A stretch of 64,000 nt of DNA from Sedimentisphaerales bacterium (GCA_963663965.2 CAXXFK010000021.1:64001-128000), one strand, 5' to 3'. Shown: positions 29,437 through 39,846, counted from the first letter of the stretch. Notes: generated by a model not told the origin, from the letters alone. Translations and numbers: made by a program.

Positions 29437-30840
29437 GTGTCATATTCCTTGAAAATCATCGACTCTCTACGCCTGTTTTGTCTAATACCGGGTATTGGTC
29501 TATTATTGAACACCACAGTTTTATCAGACACTCCCAGTCTACCCGAAACCAGGTTGCTGGATGGATCATCTCAAGCGGCTTTACCCCCTTCCCATGCTGT
29601 TCCAGACACCAATAACAGTCGTAGCAAGGATCCCAATACCCCCTTTGGGGCCTCAACGGGACATCCCACCAATCAGCAATACCAAACCGGGTTATCGCAA
29701 CATACTTCAAGAGAATTTCAGCAAGCCGTCCAATGGCTGGATACCAAATCCGCCCAGATGATCCGGCAATCTCTGCGAACCACAAAATCCGGCATCCATG
29801 CCTTCCCGCCTCAGGTCGGTTCCGGGTACGAAGCATTCTGGTTGCGGGATTATCAATACATGCTGGAAGGTAAAATTGATGCGTTTTCCGATAAAGAACT
29901 AAAAGACGCCTGCCTGTTTTTTGTGCGAGGTCAGCGACATGACGGCGCCATGGTAGACTGCATCAAATTCGATGGAACACCGATTTATATGCCCGGCTAC
30001 GGGTCCATGGGCGCCAATCCGGTTGCGGATGGCTCCCAGTTCTGCGTCGGTGTCGCGTGGCATACCTTCCGCCAGACTCATGATCGGGAATTACTGAATC
30101 AGTTGATTGATCCTTTGATACGCGCGATGGATGCGATCCCAATCAATCCCCAGACAAACCTGGTCTATATCGATCCCCAGGTACCCTGGGACAGGTGCCC
30201 CTATGGTTTTACTGATTCGATCCGTAAAAAAGGAGATATCCTGTTTTGCTCTCTGCTCTATGTCCAGGCCGGCAGGCAGCTATCCGACCTGCTATCCGTA
30301 TTAGATCGACACAAGGACGCCCGATTATGGCTCGACCGGTCCCATCAAAGCGCATCCGCCATCCGTGAAACCTTCTGGTATCCTGATATTGGCCTTTTCC
30401 GGGCCGCAACCATCGAATGCACGCAACCCGATATCTGGGGATCGGCCTTTGCCGTCTATCTTGGGGTCGCCGATCATGATCAATCAATGACGATTGCCCA
30501 ATATTTTAAAAATAACTATAACGGTATCATGAAAAGAGGTCAACTCAGACACACACCCGCTCAGACCTGGTGGGACAAAGGCTGTCGCCCTGAAACCTAT
30601 CAAAATGGCGCTTACTGGGCCACTCCGGTTGGCTGGTTCGTTTACACCCTTGACCTGGTTTCACCGGAACTGGCGGATAAAACCATTATCGACATGGTCA
30701 ATGACTTTAAAATAAACGGGGTATGGGAATGTATCAACGATCATGGCTATCATAATGTTGAAAATTACATCGACTCGGCAACCCTGCCCTTGGCCGGTAT
30801 TCGCGCGATGATATTGCGCCGAATTGAAAATGCTGATTGA
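29437..30840 (+). CDS. Putative secreted six-hairpin glycosidase-like protein
   Basis: YEAFWLRD, YGFTDS, YQNGAYWATP.GW and WEC resemble (alpha/alpha)6 GH families; low-complexity N-terminus. Start uncertain. Confidence 0.6.
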   Translation: MSYSLKIIDSLRLFCLIPGIGLLLNTTVLSDTPSLPETRLLDGSSQAALPPSHAVPDTNNSRSKDPNTPFGASTGHPTNQQYQTGLSQHTSREFQQAVQWLDTKSAQMIRQSLRTTKSGIHAFPPQVGSGYEAFWLRDYQYMLEGKIDAFSDKELKDACLFFVRGQRHDGAMVDCIKFDGTPIYMPGYGSMGANPVADGSQFCVGVAWHTFRQTHDRELLNQLIDPLIRAMDAIPINPQTNLVYIDPQVPWDRCPYGFTDSIRKKGDILFCSLLYVQAGRQLSDLLSVLDRHKDARLWLDRSHQSASAIRETFWYPDIGLFRAATIECTQPDIWGSAFAVYLGVADHDQSMTIAQYFKNNYNGIMKRGQLRHTPAQTWWDKGCRPETYQNGAYWATPVGWFVYTLDLVSPELADKTIIDMVNDFKINGVWECINDHGYHNVENYIDSATLPLAGIRAMILRRIENAD

Positions 30841-30848
30841 ACCGGCCT

Positions 30849-31286
30849 TTATTGCTGATGGGCTTTCGCCGCCTCCAGAAACTGCTTGAGATAGCCACGC
30901 TGAATGAATAAATCCAACGCGTCTCCGGTCAGTTTCGGATTACACCCCCAGACACATGCACGCAAATCGTGCAAATTGGCATCCATTTGGATCGACAGCG
31001 TATGGTCAATCAATAACACATGTTCCAGACGTTTATGCAGCCACGCGCTGACGGCGTTTACTTCAGGTCCCCCAACCGAAACCATCGGAACATGATGCAG
31101 TAACTCACAGTTTAAGTACCATAAGTCGCTTATTACTACCGACTTATCGCCAAAACTCTCGGGCTGATATCGTTCGATTTCTTTTTGCAGTCGATAAGCC
31201 TGTGGGCGATCATAACGCTCAGCTTGTAAATTCGATCCAGTAACGATAATGATACTGGTATTTTGTAAATCTGTATCCGGTAACAT
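30849..31286 (-). CDS. Hypothetical protein
   Basis: Compact alpha/beta-like ORF with AE..DRP.AY and SVGGPEVN motifs; divergent from 31524 across an AT-rich spacer. Confidence 0.6.
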   Translation of the reverse strand: MLPDTDLQNTSIIIVTGSNLQAERYDRPQAYRLQKEIERYQPESFGDKSVVISDLWYLNCELLHHVPMVSVGGPEVNAVSAWLHKRLEHVLLIDHTLSIQMDANLHDLRACVWGCNPKLTGDALDLFIQRGYLKQFLEAAKAHQQ

Positions 31287-31523
31287 ATCTTCTCTATTCT
31301 GAATGAACTGTTATAAAAGGTGAATCGGCTCTGAATGTGACTCTAATTAATTCTATTCATGGTTTAACTCGTTTTCCTGACATTTATTATTTTTTTATAT
31401 AAAATTTTTACCCCATAACCCAAATATATTAAAATAGTTATGAAAAGAACCTGGTTTTCATGATTTAATGCCCCAACCTGATTTTCTCTGGATATTTACC
31501 TGATTTAGAAGATAATAACCCCC

Positions 31524-32681
31524 ATGATTACTATAGTTACTGGAACCGTTGGATTGGATAAGGCGGCCTACCTCAACAAAGTCGAGGGAATCTGCCGTCA
31601 AAATGGTAAAAACGTCAAAGTCTGCCATATCGGCCAGCTGATGTATAACGAAGCGCCGGATATTGCTCCGGGTCGGATCCTCGACCTGCCGATCGGCCGG
31701 CTGCGGGATCTGCGCAGCAGCGTCTTCAAAGACGTCATTAACCTGGCCAAAAAGGAAGAAAACCTGATCGTGAATACTCACGCCACCTTCCGCTGGAAAC
31801 ACGGGCTTTTCCCCGCGTTCGATTTTGATATCCTGGCTGAACTCAATGCCGATCTGTATATCAACCTCATCGATAACGTCGATGCGGTCCATTCCCGGCT
31901 GGTTCGCGACCATCAAATCGACCATTCCCTGAAAGACCTGCTGGTATGGCGTGAAGAAGAAAGCCTGGGCACCGAAATGATGATGCTGGCCTGCCGAGAA
32001 ATGCGTCATCTTCGTTCAACGGATTCGGACGAAGGCCTCTTTGGTTCGATGACGGCCCATCAACTGTACCCTAAATACTACGCGCTGGCACTGGGACACA
32101 ACAACAGCACCACCGAAATGTTCTATCGGATGATGTTCTGTCCCAACAGCCCGAAAGCCTATCTCAGCTTCCCCATGACCCATGTCGTCAATATGCCGGA
32201 TATCCTGGCCGAGATCGATGCCTTCCGCAAACTTCTCACTGAACGGATGATCGTTTTCGATCCTGCCGACCTTGACGAACACCGCCTGAGCGTCGAGGCC
32301 ATGACCGCCTCCATGCAGGGCCGCAAAGTCATCGAACTGGAGGTCCTGGGCGAAACCATGTCCTTCGATGTCAGCGAATTGATGCAGGTCTCAGGCGATA
32401 TCCACAGCCAGATCTACGCCCGGGATTTCATGCTCATTGATCAGGCCGATATGATCGTCAGCTACATCCCGCGCCTGGCCGATGGCCGGCCCGGTCTGTC
32501 CAGCGGGGTCGAACGTGAACTTCAGCATGCCCACGAAGCCACACGTGAGGTCTACGTCATCTGGCGTCCCGAATCAACCCCCTCACCGTTCATCACCGAA
32601 ACGGCTACCCGGGTATTCAGTTCGGTCGATGAGGCCATTGAATACTTTATAAAAAAGAAATATATTAAATCGTCGAATTAA
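31524..32681 (+). CDS. Fusion of an archaeal-type adenylate kinase-like P-loop domain and a nucleoside 2-deoxyribosyltransferase-like domain
   Basis: IVTGTVGLDK, IVNTHATF, WREEE; C-terminal YLSFPMT..FDP..RDFMLIDQADMIV..SSGVERELQHA. Confidence 0.65.
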   Translation: MITIVTGTVGLDKAAYLNKVEGICRQNGKNVKVCHIGQLMYNEAPDIAPGRILDLPIGRLRDLRSSVFKDVINLAKKEENLIVNTHATFRWKHGLFPAFDFDILAELNADLYINLIDNVDAVHSRLVRDHQIDHSLKDLLVWREEESLGTEMMMLACREMRHLRSTDSDEGLFGSMTAHQLYPKYYALALGHNNSTTEMFYRMMFCPNSPKAYLSFPMTHVVNMPDILAEIDAFRKLLTERMIVFDPADLDEHRLSVEAMTASMQGRKVIELEVLGETMSFDVSELMQVSGDIHSQIYARDFMLIDQADMIVSYIPRLADGRPGLSSGVERELQHAHEATREVYVIWRPESTPSPFITETATRVFSSVDEAIEYFIKKKYIKSSN

Positions 32682-32700
32682 ACACCGGAAGGATTCCCTC

Positions 32701-33276
32701 ATGAAAGCGATCGCGTTTAACGGAAGTGCCCGCAGCAACGGCAATACCGCCATACTGATTAATCACGTCTTTCAGGAACTGAATCAGGAAGGGATCGAAA
32801 CCGAACTCGTTGAACTGGCCGGCCATCATCTGCGTGGCTGCCTGGCCTGTGGCGCCTGCTTTAAAAACAAAGACCGTAAATGCATTATTGCTAATGATGA
32901 GTTGAACGGCTATGTCGAAAAAATGGCGGCCGCCGATGCCATCATTCTGGGTTCCCCGGTCTATTTTGCCGATCTGACCAGCGAATTGAAAGCGCTCATT
33001 GACCGGGCAGGCATGGTGGGACGCGCCAATGATGAATTATATAAACGTAAAGTTGGTGCCGCGGTTGTCGCCGCCCGCCGGGGTGGTCCGGTTCACGCGT
33101 TTCATTCGATCAACAGCTTCTTCCTCATCAGCCAGATGATCATCCCCGGTTCCATCTACTGGAATATGGGGTTTGGCCGCGAAAAGGGCGAGGTCGAAAA
33201 AGATGAAGAAGGATTGTTAACCATGAAAATGCTGGGGCAGAATATCGCCTGGTTACTTCAAAAAATCAACGGTTGA
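32701..33276 (+). CDS. Iron-sulfur flavoprotein (NADPH-dependent FMN reductase / flavodoxin-like)
   Basis: GSARSNGNT, CLACGAC-x6-C, ADAIILGSPVYF, KALIDR. Confidence 0.9.
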   Translation: MKAIAFNGSARSNGNTAILINHVFQELNQEGIETELVELAGHHLRGCLACGACFKNKDRKCIIANDELNGYVEKMAAADAIILGSPVYFADLTSELKALIDRAGMVGRANDELYKRKVGAAVVAARRGGPVHAFHSINSFFLISQMIIPGSIYWNMGFGREKGEVEKDEEGLLTMKMLGQNIAWLLQKING

Positions 33277-34043
33277 CCATGCTCAGCCCTCAGGACCAAC
33301 AAACCACCCGGCAGATCGCAAAACTCTTAACTAATTGCCATCGGGTCCTTTTTATCACCGGCGCCGGTATCTCCGTAGATTCCGGACTGCCCACCTATCG
33401 TGGCATCGGTGGACTTTATGGTGATATGGCTACCGGCGAAGGGTACGCGATCGAAGAAATTCTCTCCGGGGATATGTTTAAAATCAGGCCCGAACTGACC
33501 TGGAAATATATCGCCCAACTGGAAGCCACCTGCCGCGGAGCCCGCTACAATCCAGCTCACAAAATTATTGCGGAAGCCCGACACCTCTTCAAAACCGCCC
33601 TCGTCCTCACCCAGAATATCGACGGCTTTCACCACGATGCCGGTTCTGCCGATATTATTGACATCCACGGCAACCTGCGTGATCTGATTTGCACCCAATG
33701 CGATTGGACAGAACACGTTACAGACTATCGCCATCTTTCCATCCCGCCATATTGCCCCGATTGCGCCGCGATAATCAGGCCGGACGTGGTCCTCTTTGGT
33801 GAATTACTGCCCGAAACCAAATACCATCGCCTGATCAGTGAAGTTGAAACGGGCTTCGATGCCGTCTTTTCAATCGGCACATCAAGCCTCTTCCCCTATA
33901 TCTCCTATCCCGTCTGGCACGCCAGACAAGCCGGTGCGATAACGATTGAAATCAATCCGGATATGACTGAGGTCTCCAGAATCGTCGATTATAAAATCAA
34001 TGCCGGCGCCAGCGATGCGTTAACCGCAATATTTGCGCATTAA
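33273..34043 (+). CDS. cobB: NAD-dependent protein deacylase (Sir2/CobB family)
   Basis: TGAGISVDSGLPTYRG, TQNIDGFH, HGNL, CxxC...CxxC, RPDVVLFGE, GTS, EINP. Confidence 0.9.
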   Translation: MTMLSPQDQQTTRQIAKLLTNCHRVLFITGAGISVDSGLPTYRGIGGLYGDMATGEGYAIEEILSGDMFKIRPELTWKYIAQLEATCRGARYNPAHKIIAEARHLFKTALVLTQNIDGFHHDAGSADIIDIHGNLRDLICTQCDWTEHVTDYRHLSIPPYCPDCAAIIRPDVVLFGELLPETKYHRLISEVETGFDAVFSIGTSSLFPYISYPVWHARQAGAITIEINPDMTEVSRIVDYKINAGASDALTAIFAH

Positions 34044-34072
34044 AAAAGCCGATCCGTAAATTGAATCGGCTT
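34042..34072 (-). terminator. Intrinsic terminator between convergent genes
   Basis: AAGCCGAT-N11-ATCGGCTT, followed by T6 on the minus strand. Confidence 0.6.
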
Positions 34073-34093
34073 GATTTATGGTTCGATTCTCCA

Positions 34094-34900
34094 TTACGCA
34101 CTCTTTTTGCGGCGTATGGTTAGCATTCCTACCCCTGCCAGCGCCAGAAATGCCGCACCGGGGACGGGTACGATTGCCGGGGTGGCCTGCGGCGGACCGG
34201 CCAGGATGACCGTTTCATTAATATAGGTACCGCTTAAGCTGCCCGGCCATACCTTTAAATTCAATCCAACAATCAGATTCCTGTTATTGATCGCTGTCAG
34301 AATATCGCTGGTTCCCTCGGCAGTAAACGAAAAGGAAATGGATTCATCCTTTTCAACCCGGGCATCATCATCCGCGTTATTGAAATCGACAGGATTTCCT
34401 GCCGCGGAAAGTGACAGGTCCAATCCCGTTAAAAGACTGTTGGATGACAAAGGACCATAACTGTTCCCTTTGGCGCTATCGAACAGATACACCGAGGAAA
34501 CCGCTGAGTTGGACAGGTCATTCAACGCTTTCTTAAGAAAATAATCCACCCCACTGTCGCCGCCATTATCTGCGTCATAAACAGTGGGATTACTCAGAAT
34601 AAATTCTTCACCGGTTGTGGCAAAAAATATGGAATCGATCATTGCCTGCTTTTTGCCGTTACCCGTGGTCATATCAATATTGTTCTGAATAGTAAAATAA
34701 ACAATACCTTCATTATCCACTTCACCATAAACCAGCGTCAGTCCATCGCCAAAATCACCCAGTTGGGAACTCTTGCCCAAAATCGGCTGAAAATAAGTCT
34801 GGCCTGCAAATGAAAGCGTACCTAACAACAACACAAAATAAACAATTTTGAGTTTTTCCACTTTACTGTTCCTACTAAAAAGAGTCATTATCTCAAACAA
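34094..34900 (-). CDS. PEP-CTERM/VPLPA-CTERM-type exosortase substrate surface protein
   Basis: Signal peptide; C-terminal VPVPGAA + TM helix + RRKK. Confidence 0.8.
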   Translation of the reverse strand: MFEIMTLFSRNSKVEKLKIVYFVLLLGTLSFAGQTYFQPILGKSSQLGDFGDGLTLVYGEVDNEGIVYFTIQNNIDMTTGNGKKQAMIDSIFFATTGEEFILSNPTVYDADNGGDSGVDYFLKKALNDLSNSAVSSVYLFDSAKGNSYGPLSSNSLLTGLDLSLSAAGNPVDFNNADDDARVEKDESISFSFTAEGTSDILTAINNRNLIVGLNLKVWPGSLSGTYINETVILAGPPQATPAIVPVPGAAFLALAGVGMLTIRRKKSA

Positions 34901-35160
34901 CTCTTCTCCTCTTAAGATTCTCTTCTTTTAAATAGTATGCCAGACTGTTTATTTTTTTCCAGAAAAAAAGCGCTACTTTTTATCGGACATTGCTTAAATC
35001 GCGCGATATATATCGCATGATCCTATATTTCAACCACTTACAAACGCCATCCCTTGCCCGTTTTTTTACTGGTTACCCAGAATTCCCTGGATATTTTCCG
35101 AACTTATGCCCATCTTGCCTACACAGATCTCCTCTCTCAACCGGAGTTTCAATTTAGTTC

Positions 35161-35189
35161 TTGCCTGAAAATCATAATCTGGTTATAGT
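35161..35189 (+). promoter_or_regulatory. Sigma70-type promoter of rpsO
   Basis: TTGCCT-N17-TATAGT. Confidence 0.6.
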
Positions 35190-35324
35190 GGTGAACTTGG
35201 AGTCTGTATATGGACACCCTTTTTACTGAATAAACACGGTGTTTATTCGATCTTTATTATCAGGGATATACTTCTATGCTGAATGTCTCCGTAGTTCGGA
35301 TCATTCGGGGAAGGAACGTAATTT

Positions 35325-35591
35325 ATGTCAAACAAAGAAGTTAAAACTAAAACGATTCAGGATTATGCCACCCACCAAGGGGATACTGGCTCACCGGAAG
35401 TCCAGGTAGCGATTCTGACTCAGAGAATCAATCACCTGACCGGTCACTTGAAAAGCCATAAAAAAGACCATGCCTCACGACGTGGTTTGCTCATGATGGT
35501 CGGTAAAAGAAATCGTCTGCTCAAATATTTGCAGCAAATCAACTATGAACGCTATACCTCGCTGATTAAGCGTCTGGGATTGCGTAAGTAA
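35325..35591 (+). CDS. rpsO: 30S ribosomal protein S15
   Basis: [43 protein letters not shown]. Confidence 0.99.
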   Translation: MSNKEVKTKTIQDYATHQGDTGSPEVQVAILTQRINHLTGHLKSHKKDHASRRGLLMMVGKRNRLLKYLQQINYERYTSLIKRLGLRK

Positions 35592-35646
35592 AAGAGATAT
35601 CACAGTGCTTTCTGTTAATATCGCTTCTAATGCTTCAAAAATCTTA

Positions 35647-35689
35647 AAAAGGGTTCGCCGAACTGTTACGGAGAACCCTTTTGTTTTTT
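35647..35689 (+). terminator. Intrinsic terminator after rpsO
   Basis: AAAAGGGTTCGCCG-loop-CGGAGAACCCTTTTGTTTTTT. Confidence 0.75.
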
Positions 35690-35837
35690 CGGTGTAGTTT
35701 TTATCTTGATTATCTCAAATCATAAATATTGATAAGTAATTTGTTATCATGAAGTTAAATTTAATTGTGTCTGATGGAAGTAGTAGTATTTTTGTCGGTA
35801 AGTAGTATAGGAATAATTTTTTGACAGGTAGTTGGCT

Positions 35838-37967
35838 ATGACAATGATTTACAAAGTAGAAAAAGAAATTGCGGGTCGTACATTAAGATTAGAAACTGGT
35901 AAACTGGCCAAACAATCCCATGGCTCGGTTTTGGTGAGTTATGGAGAAACAATCGTTCTGGCAACCGTGGTCTATGCCGATCCACGGGAGGACTGCGACT
36001 TCTTCCCCTTGACCGTGGATTACCGTGAGCGAACCGCCGCTGCCGGTAAATTCCCCGGTGGATTTATCAAGCGGGAAGGACGCCCCAGTACCAAAGAAAT
36101 TCTCACCATGCGGATGATCGATCGGCCGCTTCGCCCATTATTCCCTAAAGGGTTCTTTAATGAGGTGCAGATTCAGACCATGGTGCTCTCCGCCGATCTG
36201 CAGAATGAACCCGATATCCTGGCCATGATCGGCGCCTCCGCATGTCTGGCCATCTCCGAAATTCCTTTCGACGGCCCCCTTGGCGCAGTCCGTATTGGCC
36301 GGATTAACGACAATTTCGTGATTAATCCAACTTATCGCGAACTGGAAGAATCATCATTGGAACTGGTTCTGGGCGGCACCCGGGATCTGCCCAATATGAT
36401 CGAAATTAAAGCCACCGAGCTTCCCGAAGAGGTCATCGCCGATGCCATAGAATTCGGCCATAAAACCATTGTGGAGATCTGTGACTTGATCAGCGAACTG
36501 GCCCAGGCCTGTGGCAAAGAAAAAATCGCCTTTGAAGTTCCCGATACCGCTCCAGTAGTGAAAATGTTACACGAAAAAATCGGCCAGGATTTCATTGCCG
36601 CCCGCGCTATTGAAGGCAAAAAAGAACGCGACAATACCATCGATGCTTTGTTCGATAAATTCAAAGAGGAAATCTTCCCCGAAAACTCCGACCAGCCCCC
36701 GCTATTCGAACCCTCCCTGGTCAGCCTGGCGATCGAAGACTTTAAAACCGAAATCATTCGTACCGATCTCATGCAAAACCGGCGCGCCGCCAATCGTGGC
36801 ATGGATGAAATTCGTACCCTGAGTTGCGAAGTCGGCTTGCTGCCCCGCACCCATGGCTCAGCCCTGTTCACCCGCGGCGAAACCCAGTCCATGGTCTCGA
36901 TCACTCTCGGAACCACGTCTGATGAACAGATCATTGATGGGCTCCAGGAAGAATACGGCCAGCGCTTTATGCTCCATTACAGCTTCCCGCCCTTCTGCGT
37001 CGGCGAAGTCCGCCGCATTACCGGGCCGGGCCGCCGTGAAATCGGACATGGCGCCCTTGCCGAAAAATCGCTCGAACCGATTATCCCCAGCAAAGAAAAA
37101 TTCCCCTATACCATTCGCATCAACAGCGATGTCCTCGAATCCAACGGATCCAGTTCCATGGCCACCGTCTGCGGCGGAACCCTCGCCCTCATGGATGCCG
37201 GCGTGCCAATCAAACGGCCCGTCGCGGGTATCTCCATCGGTATGGTCAGTGAAGGAGACAAATACCTGCTTCTCACCGATATCCTGGGCGAAGAAGACCA
37301 CTTCGGCGACATGGACTTCAAAGTCGCCGGCTCCCAGAAAGGCATCACCGGTATCCAACTCGACCTGAAAGCCCGTGGCCTTAAATTCGAAATCATCCGG
37401 GAAGTCCTCCAGCGCGCCCGTGACGCCCGCATCGCCATCCTGAAACATATGCTCCAGGCGATCGATAAACCGCGTCCGGAAACCTCCGAATACGCCCCGC
37501 GTATCACCACCATCACCATCCCGGTCGATATGATCGGCGCGGTCATTGGCCCCGGCGGTCGCGAAATCAAACGCATTCAGGAAAGCACCGGCACCAAGAT
37601 CGATATCGAAGACGATGGCACTGTCCACATTTCCTGTGTGGGTGGCGATGGCCACATGCGCGCCCGCTCCATTGTCGAATTAATGACCATGCCCCTGCAG
37701 GTTGGCAAGGTTTACGAAGGCCGCGTGGTCTCTATCAAAGAGTTCGGCGCCTTTATCGAACTGGCGCCCGGCCGCGAAGGACTCTGCCACGTCAGTGAAC
37801 TGTCCGGCAGCTTCGTGAAAAACGTCAGCGACTTCTGCAAAGTCAATGACATGCTCACTGTCAAAGTCATCGCCGTCGATCCCCAGGGCCGCATCAAACT
37901 GTCCCACAAAGCCGTTGAAAAGAAAAGCGGCAAGAAACCGGAACAGGAAAATAACGAAGAATCCTGA
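35838..37967 (+). CDS. pnp: Polyribonucleotide nucleotidyltransferase (PNPase)
   Basis: FFPLTVDYRE, RTHGSALFTRGETQ, RREIGHGALA, ESNGSSSMA, GDMDFKVAG; KH and S1 domains; follows rpsO. Confidence 0.99.
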   Translation: MTMIYKVEKEIAGRTLRLETGKLAKQSHGSVLVSYGETIVLATVVYADPREDCDFFPLTVDYRERTAAAGKFPGGFIKREGRPSTKEILTMRMIDRPLRPLFPKGFFNEVQIQTMVLSADLQNEPDILAMIGASACLAISEIPFDGPLGAVRIGRINDNFVINPTYRELEESSLELVLGGTRDLPNMIEIKATELPEEVIADAIEFGHKTIVEICDLISELAQACGKEKIAFEVPDTAPVVKMLHEKIGQDFIAARAIEGKKERDNTIDALFDKFKEEIFPENSDQPPLFEPSLVSLAIEDFKTEIIRTDLMQNRRAANRGMDEIRTLSCEVGLLPRTHGSALFTRGETQSMVSITLGTTSDEQIIDGLQEEYGQRFMLHYSFPPFCVGEVRRITGPGRREIGHGALAEKSLEPIIPSKEKFPYTIRINSDVLESNGSSSMATVCGGTLALMDAGVPIKRPVAGISIGMVSEGDKYLLLTDILGEEDHFGDMDFKVAGSQKGITGIQLDLKARGLKFEIIREVLQRARDARIAILKHMLQAIDKPRPETSEYAPRITTITIPVDMIGAVIGPGGREIKRIQESTGTKIDIEDDGTVHISCVGGDGHMRARSIVELMTMPLQVGKVYEGRVVSIKEFGAFIELAPGREGLCHVSELSGSFVKNVSDFCKVNDMLTVKVIAVDPQGRIKLSHKAVEKKSGKKPEQENNEES

Positions 37968-37993
37968 ATCCCGATTTAATAACCAGACCAACA

Positions 37994-38025
37994 GCTGGCC
38001 GTTGACTTCAACGGCCGGTTTTTTT
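37994..38025 (+). terminator. Intrinsic terminator after pnp
   Basis: GCTGGCCGTTGA-CT-TCAACGGCCGG followed by T7. Confidence 0.8.
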
Positions 38026-38647
38026 ATTTCAATTTCTTTTTACCCGCCAGCGCCAAAATCAATTCAACCTCGCCAATCGGCCGGGACATTCTTCGCGCGA
38101 TCTCCAAAGCATTATTGCCCTGATCAGCCATCCGAATCACCTCCCTGGCCTCCGGAGACAAGCGCTCATAGTCGATTTCTATCACTGGCGCGACCACTTC
38201 ATCCTCCTCCTCGTCAACCTCAGATATCTCCACGACCTGACTCGCTGCCAGGTTCCCGGTCACCAGACTATCCTCATTCGACCCGTCCTGTTTCTCCAGC
38301 CGTTCCAGTATTTCCTCAGCCCGCTCCATCAAAATCTCCAACCGCGCGATTCGGGTATCGATCTGAGAGTTAATCTGGCGCGACAGGTCTGCCAGCGTCG
38401 CCATATATTCACCCGCCTGATCGATCACCTGGTGATTCGACGCCTTTTGCCGGGCAACTTTCTCTTCCACCGACAAATAATTATGCATTCGAGACCGTTC
38501 CACCCGCCGCCAGGTTGTCCGCAGCATGAAAAAAGCCACCAGTATAATAATCCCCAGCCAGAAATAATGCTGCGGTACAATATCCAGCAACCGCTTGGCG
38601 GGCTGATCCTCGGCCAGAATACTGCTTATGATTACTGAATTCATCAT
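38024..38647 (-). CDS. Membrane-anchored coiled-coil protein with C-terminal HTH-like motif (DUF2802/DUF6115-like)
   Basis: One TM helix, a coiled coil and EIARRMSRPIGEVELILAL. The ATG at 38647 overlaps the larC TGA (ATGA). Confidence 0.6.
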   Translation of the reverse strand: MMNSVIISSILAEDQPAKRLLDIVPQHYFWLGIIILVAFFMLRTTWRRVERSRMHNYLSVEEKVARQKASNHQVIDQAGEYMATLADLSRQINSQIDTRIARLEILMERAEEILERLEKQDGSNEDSLVTGNLAASQVVEISEVDEEEDEVVAPVIEIDYERLSPEAREVIRMADQGNNALEIARRMSRPIGEVELILALAGKKKLK

Positions 38648-39846
38648 TTGACTGTTGTGTCCATCCGTTCCCAAGCCAGCAGCGCCGCGTGAATCACGGT
38701 CTTCAATGGCACGCCAGACCGGCTTGCCGCGTTCTGACAATCGCCATACTCCGGCGCGACATTCCGCCGTACACCCTCCGCGCTCCGGGCAATTTTCATC
38801 CCAATCGGCCCATACACGGTTTCAACCGTCGCAAACTCGCGCTCCAGGATATGGCGCCGGCATGCCATCCGCCGTATCCCCAGCGTCGGCGTCTGCTCAA
38901 ATAACAGCATCTCAATTTGAAGCGCCTGTTCTGGCCGGCAAATCACCGTCAATTCCACCCCGGGCCGGTTCTTCTTCATGCCGATAGCCGTATAATACAC
39001 ATCCAGCGCCCCCGCTGCAAGCAGCAGTTCGCTGACATAGCCAACCACCTGACCGCTCACATCGTCAAGACTGGTCACCAACACCACCACATCCTCCAGC
39101 TTAACCCCATCCCCCTGACCATCTTCACCAACGGTAAGCCGAACCACATTGGGTATGTTTTCAAATACTTTCTGACCCGCGCCATAACCCGTCGCGACCG
39201 CCGTCATCGCCGGGGTCGGCCCGAATTGTTTCGCCAGTGTCTTCAAAATCGCCGCGCCCGTCGGCGTCAGCAACTCGCCCCCGGCCTCACCCGCCACCAC
39301 CGGGATCCCTTTAATCAATTCAGCCGTAGCCGGCGCCGGCACCGGCAGCACCCCATGTTCACACCGCACGGTCCCGCTGCCCACGGCCAGAGCCGAGCTG
39401 TAGACCACATCGATCCCCAGCAACTCCAGCGCCACACATGCCCCGACAATATCCACAATCGCGTCCGCCGCGCCCACTTCATGAAAATGCACTTGATACA
39501 GTGGTATATCGTGAACCCGCGCCTCCGCCTCACCCAACCCATTAAAAATCAACAAAGCATTATCCTTCACCCACTGACTGAGCCGGCCTCTCTGAATAAT
39601 ATCAAATATCGCCGGCAAATGTCTATGGTGATGCCCACCATCATAATCGCCCTGAATCACCGGCGTAAACAGGGTCGCGGCAATCCCGTTCCGCTGCACC
39701 TTTTCTTTCTGCAAACGCACCTCAGCCAGCCCCAGCGAGTCGATCTGTTCACAGAACGCCTCCCAGTCAGCCCCGGCATCGAGGCAGGCCCCCACGATCA
39801 TGTCTCCGGCCGCGCCGGAAAAACAGTCAAAATACGCAATCTTCAA
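38644..39846 (-). CDS. larC: Nickel pincer cofactor biosynthesis protein LarC
   Basis: YFDCFSGAAGDM, HHHRH, VHFHEVGAADAIVDIVG, HG.LPVPAPAT, ELLTPTGAA, MKKNRPG, PEY.DC. Confidence 0.95.
   Translation of the reverse strand: MKIAYFDCFSGAAGDMIVGACLDAGADWEAFCEQIDSLGLAEVRLQKEKVQRNGIAATLFTPVIQGDYDGGHHHRHLPAIFDIIQRGRLSQWVKDNALLIFNGLGEAEARVHDIPLYQVHFHEVGAADAIVDIVGACVALELLGIDVVYSSALAVGSGTVRCEHGVLPVPAPATAELIKGIPVVAGEAGGELLTPTGAAILKTLAKQFGPTPAMTAVATGYGAGQKVFENIPNVVRLTVGEDGQGDGVKLEDVVVLVTSLDDVSGQVVGYVSELLLAAGALDVYYTAIGMKKNRPGVELTVICRPEQALQIEMLLFEQTPTLGIRRMACRRHILEREFATVETVYGPIGMKIARSAEGVRRNVAPEYGDCQNAASRSGVPLKTVIHAALLAWERMDTTVK

Noticed and set aside
31524..34043. NDT-like domain plus Sir2 as a Thoeris-like NAD-depleting defence system
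   Set aside because: The sirtuin is a stand-alone CobB-type deacylase with a zinc-binding subdomain and no effector or sensor fusion, and the base composition matches the host.
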